A stretch of 64,000 nucleotides of DNA from a virus. Position 1 is the first letter of the stretch, and every line of letters starts with the position of its first letter. Under the pieces are notes generated by a model. It saw nothing but the letters and a program-made list of their open reading frames with translations, was not told where the DNA came from and searched no databases. The position numbers and the translations under genes were made by a program. Where the stretch lies: positions 35,987-99,986 of IMG/VR virus record IMGVR_UViG_3300025941_000016; one strand, 5' to 3'. Of this stretch, positions 37,141-45,337 are shown piece after piece.

Positions 37141-39139
37141 CCGCCTTGCGGAGCTCGGCCGCGGTCGCCTTCGCCAGGCTTGCGGCGTCGGCGGGGGAGT
37201 CGTCGAGGACCATCGTGTTCAACGTCCGCGCCGTGTCGTCGTCCACCGTCGTGAACGTGAACGGCCGAGCAGGTGTCTTCCCCGTCTTGGCGAGACGCGC
37301 CGCCCAGGTGGCGAACGCGGACAGTTCGGCGGCACTGGCGGACTTCTCCGCACCCTTCACGGGCTTCTGTGTGTCGCCGGACTTGCCGTTCGCCTTGACT
37401 GGGGGCTTCGAGCCAGCATCCGGGCTGCCCTCGTCGGGGGTCTGCTCGTCGCCGTCCTCCCGCTCGCTGGCGGGAGTGTTCAGCGGCTTCCCGGAGGGCA
37501 GGTTGCCGGCTTGCAGGTTCTGCTTCGCCGCCTCCGCACCGGCCTTGACCGCCTCACCCTGGGCTTCCTGCTGCTCCTGCAACCCTCGCAGGAACTGGGG
37601 GCCCATCCTCGACAGGATGTAGGGTTCGTCGGCTTCGGGCATGTCGGCGTAGGGGGCTAGGCCCATTTCGTCGCGGGCCTCGTTCAGCGTCATCCGGCCC
37701 GACTCGACACGGGCCAGCAGGACGGCGTCGGCGGCGGCTTCGTCTTCCTCTTCCAGGCCGAGGAACCGGAACTCGATCGCCGGGTCCAAACCCAGATACC
37801 GGCGGTTGATCATGTTGAAGATGCCGGAAAGCCACTTCGCCCACGGCAGGATCATCTTCCGGTACTGGATGTTCTCCTGACCCTCGTGATAGCTCGCCCC
37901 ACCCAGTCCGCCGGTTTCGATGAACCCGATCTCCGCCGGGGTCACCTGAAACGACGCGCAGATCAACTTGACGATGTAGGTGTCATACTCGGGCTTGTAC
38001 AGCTCCGAGTTGTCCGCGAACTTCGCCAGCTTCCCACCCGGCAGGCCGATCTGGATGCGCTGCCGCTCCGCGAGATCCCCGGCAAGCTGCGTGTTGATGC
38101 TGCGCCGCCAGCGTTGCATCTCATCCGGCGTCATCCGGACGCTCTCCGGCAACTCCATCAGCGCCAGGGGCAGCGCGTTCGAGTCGAACTGGCGGGTCAT
38201 CCACTCGGCACGCTTCATCCACAGATTGATCCGCACCAGGGCGTTCTCCACCGGGCCGAAGCCGTAAGGGGACGACACCCGCTTGTTCCGCACCGAGTAG
38301 ATCAGCTCGTCGGCTGACCTGCCACCATCAACCGTGCCATCCTTGCCGATGGGTGCGGTGAACTCGCCGCGGGGGAAGCCATACAGGATCTCTTGGAACG
38401 CAGGGTCCGGAGGCTTCGGCCTACGCCCACGATGATCCAACAGCGGCTTGACAACGTCACCTGACATGTTCCACAGCGCGTAGAGATCATTGCCGTAGGT
38501 CAGATTCGCGTGCAGCGGCCAGGCGTCAAGGACCAGCACCTCTTCGAGGCCCACCCACAGCCAGTCGGCGAACTCCAAACCCTCGTCACGGTCCGGGGTC
38601 TGCCAGAAGTCCATCGCCTTGGCGATCTGCGGGGCCAGCTTCTCGCGAAGCTTCTGCTTCGCCTCCGTCTGCCGCAGACCTTCCAGTTCGGCCGCCGCGG
38701 CGATCGCCTTCTCGGAGACGACGATCGACCAGTCCAAACCGCAGACCTCGGTACGGATCACCCGCATGCAGTCCTGGACAATGTCCGTCCGCGCTGCGGC
38801 CCGTAGCGTGTCGAACGGGATGAGCCTGTGTTCGCCGCCGGGGATGTTCCAGCCGACCGGATATTCCCAGGCCCGCGGATCGCTGCGACCATCCGGCCGC
38901 ACCGGGTCGATGCCGTAGGGCGGCAGGGGGGTCAGCGGCCCGAACGGCACCGTGTACGGCAGCTCACGGGGCAGCGGCTCATACGAGCCGACCGGCATCC
39001 CGGATTGCATCGTCGCTAGGGCGTTGGCCTGAGCGGACATGTCCCGGGTTTGCGCGCCGACCGCACGGGCACCGGCCGCATAGCTCGCTTTGTCGAGTCG
39101 GCGGCGCTGCTGGGCACGGCGACGGCTACGGGAGGACAT
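37001..39139 (-). CDS. Portal protein
   Basis: Follows terL. Motifs VGLEEVLVLDA, ELIYSVRN, SPYGFGPVE, ICASFQVTPAEIG, SGRMTLNEARDEMGL. Confidence 0.93.
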   Translation of the reverse strand: MSSRSRRRAQQRRRLDKASYAAGARAVGAQTRDMSAQANALATMQSGMPVGSYEPLPRELPYTVPFGPLTPLPPYGIDPVRPDGRSDPRAWEYPVGWNIPGGEHRLIPFDTLRAAARTDIVQDCMRVIRTEVCGLDWSIVVSEKAIAAAAELEGLRQTEAKQKLREKLAPQIAKAMDFWQTPDRDEGLEFADWLWVGLEEVLVLDAWPLHANLTYGNDLYALWNMSGDVVKPLLDHRGRRPKPPDPAFQEILYGFPRGEFTAPIGKDGTVDGGRSADELIYSVRNKRVSSPYGFGPVENALVRINLWMKRAEWMTRQFDSNALPLALMELPESVRMTPDEMQRWRRSINTQLAGDLAERQRIQIGLPGGKLAKFADNSELYKPEYDTYIVKLICASFQVTPAEIGFIETGGLGGASYHEGQENIQYRKMILPWAKWLSGIFNMINRRYLGLDPAIEFRFLGLEEEDEAAADAVLLARVESGRMTLNEARDEMGLAPYADMPEADEPYILSRMGPQFLRGLQEQQEAQGEAVKAGAEAAKQNLQAGNLPSGKPLNTPASEREDGDEQTPDEGSPDAGSKPPVKANGKSGDTQKPVKGAEKSASAAELSAFATWAARLAKTGKTPARPFTFTTVDDDTARTLNTMVLDDSPADAASLAKATAAELRKAGGGGGRAESPQPATGAGGMAGLPSPRPARAALREAGIPGCQPDYRL

Positions 39140-39155
39140 CAGCCCTCCGCGGCGT

Positions 39156-40669
39156 TCAGGTCAGGGGCCGTCTCCAGCCGTCCTGTGAGGTTTGGCCGGG
39201 GAACAGGTCTTCGATGCCCAACGGGGCTGGTGTCTCGTCGGGCGGAAGCTGGGGCTTCGGGCCGGCGGCGTCCTCTTGGGCGAAGACGTGGTTCATGTAG
39301 AACTGCATTCCGCCGATATCTGCAAGATCAGTCATGGCCCAGACCAATGCGTCGACTCGGTTTGGACTCCAGTCGGCATCAGGAGTCCAACTGATCATCT
39401 CGTCTTCGAGGTCAGGTAGTCCGCCGATGTGATGGGCGCGGCCCTGCTCGTAGATCGCCGAGATCGGTTCGGCGCGGATCTTCTTACCGCGGCTGGCCGT
39501 GACCTTCGTGTATGCCACGTTGTGGTCGACATGGCGGATCGTCGACTCGACCATGTCCGCGCCGAAGTTCGTCTCCGCGACGATCCTGTCCGCCTTGTAC
39601 CGGTGGTAGGCGTCGACGGCCGCCCGAGCCCAACCATCCGGGCTGGCCTTCAAGGTGAGGTCTTCCAACACCCAGAAGTGTTCCTGCGCGTCGACGCCGG
39701 CTACGACGATGCCCGTGTGATCGGACTCGTCGTTCGCCGTACCCGCCGGGTCGATGGCGACGACGATGCGGACCAGGGTGGGCAGGTCGGTCAGCGCCCG
39801 ACGATGCTCGTCGATGTTGCCGCGGGTCCACAGGGCACCCGGGTTGTCGTCGAGGTATTCGCCGTACAGCTCCTGGCGGCCAAGACGGGTGCCCTCGTAG
39901 CGCTTGCGCAGTTCCGACAGGGCGGCAGCGGACAGGTTCGCCGCGTTGTCGAATGTCGAGCCGCGGGTGACGACTACCGAGCCGTCATCGCGGCCCATCC
40001 AGTCCTTGAGCAGGATCGATGGCTTCGGTGTGGTCGTGACGATGACCTGCGGGCGGCCGATGCGTAGCGCCGGGGCTAGGCCCTCAGTCCAGGACGCGCG
40101 GGCGTAACGCCACTTGGCAATTTCATCGAACCAACCGCCGGACAGGTTCAGGCCACGGCCTACGTCGGCGTCATCCGCACCCAGCATGTGGATGATCTGG
40201 CCTGTGCTCAGCCTGATCTGCCAGAGCGACCGGTTATACACGTAGTCGACGTGGCGGTTGTTGAGCACGGTGCGAACACCGGCCGGACCTTCGACGCAGA
40301 CCAGCCGAGCGTCGGAGAACGTTTCGGCGACGATCGCCCATTCGGTGGGAGAGCCGTCGGGAGCGGTTGGGGTGTCGAGGACGCGCTGAACCAGCGTCTC
40401 GGCACCCGTTCGACTTTTCCCCAACCACGTCCCGCCAGGATCAGCCAGACGAGCCAGTCGCCGTCAGGTGCCCGCTGGGCGGTCCGTGCATGCTTCCACG
40501 TAAACGTGCCGTGGGGTTCGCCGTCACAGTCGTCGAGGCCGCACGCCCACGGCTTGTCTGCCGTAACGGTGACGGCTTCGAGTTGCTGGCGCAGTTCGAG
40601 CTCCCGCCGAAGGAGGGCGAGGCGTCGTTCAGCTAGGGTCGCCGGTTTCGGCAAGGTCGCGGTGGACAA
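39156..40669 (-). CDS. terL: Terminase large subunit, joined by a -1 frameshift at 40415-40421 (about 504 aa)
   Basis: The 0 frame from TTG 40669 gives WLILAGRGWGK. The -1 frame continues SRTGAE, Walker B WFDE, VTTTP and nuclease motifs AIDPA, D-x-TG, NRVDALVWA. Confidence 0.9.
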
Positions 40670-41123
40670 GGCGGCGCTCCAACTCGGCGATCTCCGCTTC
40701 GATCTGGCCGACGGTTCGGACCTCAACCTTGGTCGGGGCGTCAAGGCCGAGGAGCTTCGCCCGACGGTCTTGGATCTTCAACAGCCGGTCGATGGCGGCG
40801 AGGATGGGTGCGTCGTCTTCCAACGGTTTGCCGTCGTGCCAGATGACGCCGTCTTTCTGGACGGTGTAGTGCTTGGCTTCGAGTACCTGCATGCCGGCCT
40901 GGTAGAGCCGGTCGAGGCGTTCGAGTTCGAGGGCGCGTAGTTCGTCGGCGGTTTCGCGGACGTCGGCGGCGATGATCCGCTGGACGGCGCGGTAGGCGAC
41001 GCCGCGGTTCGGGTAGCGGAGTTCGGTGGCGATCTGCTCGTAGGTCTTGCCTGCGATCCGCATGCGGGCGGCGTCGGCGTCGCGGGCGGCGGTCGCTGGG
41101 TTGTTGCGGGCGCGGGGCGGCAT
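40629..41123 (-). CDS. terS: Terminase small subunit (HTH)
   Basis: MRIAGKTYEQIATELRY...ELERLDRL...RRAKLLGLDAP; directly upstream of terL. Confidence 0.85.
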   Translation of the reverse strand: MPPRARNNPATAARDADAARMRIAGKTYEQIATELRYPNRGVAYRAVQRIIAADVRETADELRALELERLDRLYQAGMQVLEAKHYTVQKDGVIWHDGKPLEDDAPILAAIDRLLKIQDRRAKLLGLDAPTKVEVRTVGQIEAEIAELERRLVHRDLAETGDPS

Positions 41124-41230
41124 GTTTCACTCCCCGCGTTTCAGAAACAGGTGACGTTCGGTGACCGAGTTTGGGTCTCGGCCCGCGATTTCTGAGCCTC
41201 AACCCGATTTTGCTCGACGGAGCGTGATGT

Positions 41231-41395
41231 TCAGCCGTTCCGGTGGTCTTCGAGGTCGTCGCAGTCCCGGTGCCACCACCACCAGCGCTGGCAGCGTCGG
41301 CCGTTCCAACTCCACGAGGTGACGGTGTAGGCGGCACGCTGACCGGTGCTGACCTCGTGGCCGCAGTCCTCGCAGGAGCCGAGAAGGAGGCTCAC
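41231..41395 (-). CDS. 54-aa Cys/His/Trp-rich protein (not in the ORF track)
   Basis: GTGA overlap with 41392..41670; MSLLLGSCEDCGHE...RWWWWHRDC. Confidence 0.5.
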   Translation of the reverse strand: MSLLLGSCEDCGHEVSTGQRAAYTVTSWSWNGRRCQRWWWWHRDCDDLEDHRNG

Positions 41396-41670
41396 GGCTG
41401 GTCGGATGCCGGGCCGGTCAGGAACGCTGTCAGCTTCTCACTTGCCTCGTCTTCGTCGAGGTCGACGAGAAGGTTCGACCATGTCTCAGCTGGGTCGGAA
41501 GCACCGGAAGGAAGTTCGGTCCAGTCTTGCTGTCCGGGACCGTCGAAGCGCCAGTGGCGTTTGCAGTCGTCACACTCGAACACCGAGCCGGCGGCAAACC
41601 CGCCGACGGGCGGCTTCTTGCAGCGCGTCGCCGGATGTGTCGCCTCGGGAATCCTGTTGATCCACGGCAT
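41392..41670 (-). CDS. Small Zn-binding hypothetical protein
   Basis: H-x4-C...GSVFECDDCKRHW. Confidence 0.6.
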   Translation of the reverse strand: MPWINRIPEATHPATRCKKPPVGGFAAGSVFECDDCKRHWRFDGPGQQDWTELPSGASDPAETWSNLLVDLDEDEASEKLTAFLTGPASDQP

Positions 41671-41817
41671 GTCGGACCCCCGGCCTAGTAGCACTGCCAG
41701 CGGGCGCCGCAGTCGCAGCGCATCCAGACCGGCGGGTCTTGAGACGACGAGGGCAGCCCTTACGGTGGATTCGACGCATGCCCTATTCTAGGGCAAATGT
41801 GCTGGTAGAGTGGCATG

Positions 41818-42030
41818 TGGGGGTTGCGCGCGCCAGCCCCTCCCTGTTCGATCCGGCCGGCAGCGGCAGGGGAATCCGTCGAAAGGCGGCGCGCACTCAA
41901 GCGGAACCGTGATGGTTCCTTGGGGCGGGAGGCGCGGGAACCACCGGGCGTCGCGCCGTAGCCGTGACACCCCCGTAAGGGGCTGACATCTCGGCCCGGC
42001 CTCCCGCCCAACCTACCCGGTGCGCGGTGA
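41818..42030 (+). ncRNA. Structured RNA resembling the c-di-AMP (ydaO/yuaA) riboswitch
   Basis: Nested stems with GNRA loops (GAAA, GTAA) and G-U pairs that favour the + strand. Ordered motifs CGCCAGCCCC, GGGGAA, CTTGGGG, CCCGCCCAACC, ACCCGGT. TGG-TAGAGT lies upstream. Confidence 0.55.
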
Positions 42031-42049
42031 AAGCCCATTCACTGCGATC

Positions 42050-42280
42050 ATGGATCGCATGAACGATTCAGTTGATGTAGACGTGGGGGCGATTGTCGAC
42101 GCCCGAGTAGCAGCCCGAATCGAACGGGTCCGCCGTCGCAGAAAGGAGTTGGCCGAGTTCCAACAGGCACACCGCGAGCGCCGCGTGTACGGCAACCAGG
42201 CCCGCCACCGGGCCAAGCTTGCTCGTCAGGCGTCGCCGTCGACCTGCTCGGCCTCCGAGTTGGCGAAATGCTCGGCGTAG
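42050..42280 (+). CDS. Small basic coiled-coil protein downstream of the structured RNA
   Basis: Antisense to its neighbours; ATG at 42050 or 42059. Confidence 0.5.
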   Translation: MDRMNDSVDVDVGAIVDARVAARIERVRRRRKELAEFQQAHRERRVYGNQARHRAKLARQASPSTCSASELAKCSA

Positions 42281-44513
42281 ACAAGATCCGGGTCGGCGCC
42301 TTCGGCCACTTCTCGGAGCATCCCGAGAAGCGCAGCTTCGGAGATGGCCCACCAGGTGGATGCGGTCTTCGCCATGGCGATCAGACCGCGATCGCCGGTT
42401 CGGTCGCCACCACGGCGTGCATCGCCCCGCAGGGCTCCGCGTCCCACGGACGACCACACTGGCCACAGGTAGGACGGGAACGGGCTGTACGAAGCGCCTC
42501 AGCCCACGCCGCGGCGACAGAGCCAAGCTCAGCAGTCTCAGTCACGCCGCCTCCCATTCGTCGTCGTAGCGGGCACTGGGGGCGCGATGCCTGAGCGGTT
42601 CGAGGTCTGCGAAACGCCACAGCAACGGGCGGTGCCCGGTGGTGAGCTGGGCCGCAGGCTGGATGCCGTGCCGGGCCAACAGTTTCCGGGTCGCCATGTA
42701 GTCACGTTGGGGGTTGTGACGGAAGAAGGTGCAGGCGTCGCGCAACAGCAAGAAGCCCGGAGGCGGCATCGGCAACCTCCGGGCACACTTCTGGACGCAG
42801 CACAGATCCTATACACCTCCGCAGATGGGTCAACAGCGGGGTCCGCGTAGCACGTACCATCAGGCGGTGTCGTGGGCGTCCGGCCGGGGCCAAGGCGACC
42901 GGTGAGCCCCTTGAAAGACTGCGACCCCGGCCACCTAAGCCAGCCAGATCTCCGTCTTGTGGTGCTCACATCCACACCGCTGGTCGCAGGTCCGCCACCA
43001 GCACTGGCCGAAATGGCGCTGGCCTACCGGGTAGTAGCGCCACTCGTAGCAGTCCAGGCAGGTTCCGTCGTCGGGCTGGTCGACAGGTTCTGGGATGCCA
43101 CGCTCGCGCTCAACGCGGGTCTCGTTCCGCTCGGCCGCGTGGCGGGACATGCGGGCTTCCCAGGTGTCCGGGTCAGGCATCGTCGCCGAGTAGTGCGGCC
43201 ATCTTCCCGTGGGCCACGGCCATCCGCTCGTGGAGCTTCTCGCCGTCGGCGCCGGCGTGGGTGTCGATCTCCCAGGCGGACCAGAACGGCACGAGCACGT
43301 CGCGGTCAAGCAGGGGCTGTACCGCGGCGGCCAGTTCCCGGGCCGCGGCTTCGAGGGCGAGCCGACGGCCGTAGCCGCCGTATTCGACGCCCGCGAGGTG
43401 GGTGCCGTCGGCGCCGTGGTGGGGCCGGTCGAACAGGCTGTCGCAGTGCTCGCACCAGTGGCGGTCGTCGGCTGTCATGGCCGACCTGGGATCGCCGAGA
43501 CGAGAAACGACTCTACTCCACCCGCGCCCACCAGTCGCCGGCCGCCTGACAGATGTAGCGGCCCCTCGTACTCGCCTGGCGGCAGGTAGACGGTCACACC
43601 CTCTGGGGTGCTGTCGACGAACTCTTGGAGCGACATGCCGGGGCGGATGACGGCCGGCGTCTCGGTGAACCGCGGTCGCGTGGATCGCGGTTGGCCGGCT
43701 CCAGCCCACATTGCAGTGGTCCAGTCAAGCACCTCGGCGAGGGTGTGTTCGTAGAGCTGGCGCAGGTCGTCAGTCATCGTAGGTATCCCTTCGCTGCTCT
43801 CGGTGCCACGCCTGGCCCTCCCGGCGTCGGGTTACACGGCGGGCCATCTTGGCCCACTGGCGGGCGTTTCGCTTCCCGTGATGGGTGCCGTGGTTCGGGG
43901 CGCCGGGCGGCGTCTCGTCATAGGGGTCGTACATGTACTGCCGCGAGCGGGACAGCATCGGGCCGTTCACCGGGGACGCCACTGAACCCACCGCTTCGCC
44001 TCTCGGTTCCAGCTCGCGCCTTGCATCCCGTTGAGACGGTTCAGATCCGGGCGGGCTCCGGGGGCGTCCGGCCCGCAGCGTTCCCAGCCGTTGTCGGTCC
44101 ACCGGGTCCACCAGCCGAACTCTTCACACTCGGCCTCGCCGGGCCAGCGTCCGGTCCAGATGTCCTTGCCACAGTCGTGGGGTTCCTCGGCGAAACCATC
44201 GTCGTCGTCATCGTCGAAGGTGCATTTGAGTCGCTGGTCGCCCGTCCAGAGGCAGCGTGCAACGTCGCAGCCTTCGGAGTGCTGCTGGCCCGGGTAGGCG
44301 CCGCAGTCGCCGCATTGGGGCTTCGGCTTCCAACCGGCCTGGCGGCCATGCGAACAGGATGCGACGACGGTCGGAGCGTCGTCGCCGGAGACCTCGACCG
44401 CCAGTGTGGGGCAGGCTCGTAGATGGTCGGCGGCACGCTGGGCGGTTAGCGACAGGTCGGCGCGAGCTGGAACTACGCCCTCACGGAAGCGGTCCAGGAT
44501 CTCCGACAGGTTC

Positions 44514-44954
44514 TCAGGCACCGGCCCGCACCCCCAGCATCTTGGCCAACGCGGCAAGTGTCGGGCAGTCGTCTACGTGCCGATCGGCGTAGTCCGGCAA
44601 CGAGCCACAGCCAACACATCCGGACCGGTTGAACATCGGGTCGACATCCGGGCTGTGCAGTCCCACCATCTCCCGCGCTCCAACGACCAGCGCAAGCACC
44701 GAGTCCGGGTCCCAGGCTGCGATGTGCCGGGCGTCTTCCGGGTCCATCCCGTCGGCCATGTCGGGATACCAGTGGGTGTAACGGGCGATCCGCGCGCCAT
44801 CCGCGTCGACTACCTCGGCTTCGTCGGGGTAGACCTCGACTGCGGTCCACCGCCCGTTGCCGCCGGGGTTGGTTTTGATCGCGTCTCGTGCGAGCCGTTC
44901 CAACTCGTCGAGGCGGGCGAGGATCGCCGCACGCAGGTCGGTCATGGCCGCCAC
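44514..44954 (-). CDS. Actinophage hypothetical protein (DUF6221-like)
   Basis: DARHIAAWDPDSVLA...H...C..C...CPTLAALA. Confidence 0.55.
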   Translation of the reverse strand: MAAMTDLRAAILARLDELERLARDAIKTNPGGNGRWTAVEVYPDEAEVVDADGARIARYTHWYPDMADGMDPEDARHIAAWDPDSVLALVVGAREMVGLHSPDVDPMFNRSGCVGCGSLPDYADRHVDDCPTLAALAKMLGVRAGA

Positions 44955-45337
44955 TCCTCACCCAGGAACTCGAACCGGGGCCGGTAGCTGTTGTCAGGCC
45001 AGCGGACTGGCACCGTGAAGTCGTACAGGTCCCGAACCCGCAGCCGCGGACCGGGTGTCGCCCCGTCCAATGCCAGGCCGATGTACAGGACCGCGGCGCG
45101 TACCGGGAGCCCTGATGCGCCCATAGGAGACTCCATGTCGACCGGGTGGGCGAACACGGCATCGCCGCGTAGCCCCACGGCCAGCCGCCGGTTGTCGGCC
45201 CCCTCTGAGGCGTCCAACGCGGAGAACAGGGGGGTCATCCCGCCGGACGGTGCCCATTCGGACAGGGTGACGGACGCCAGCGCCTGGTACAGGTGGCCCT
45301 TCCAGTGGCGGTACACACCGGCGCGGAGGTCAGGCAT
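44942..45337 (-). CDS. DUF1653-like protein
   Basis: GVYRHWKGHLYQ...VLY...VRDLYDF...RFEFL. Confidence 0.65.
   Translation of the reverse strand: MPDLRAGVYRHWKGHLYQALASVTLSEWAPSGGMTPLFSALDASEGADNRRLAVGLRGDAVFAHPVDMESPMGASGLPVRAAVLYIGLALDGATPGPRLRVRDLYDFTVPVRWPDNSYRPRFEFLGEEWRP

Noticed and set aside
40400-40430. Intein or intron at the terminase Walker A
   Set aside because: There is no inserted sequence; the two halves join with a single-base offset.
40741-41337. 198-aa Arg/Pro-rich ORF
   Set aside because: It is an off-frame overlap of terS with low-complexity composition.
41975-42040. GGGGCTGA (tmRNA-like start) and GCGGTGAAAGCC (group II intron D5-like)
   Set aside because: There is no tRNA-like 3' end, tag ORF, complete D5/D6 or maturase.
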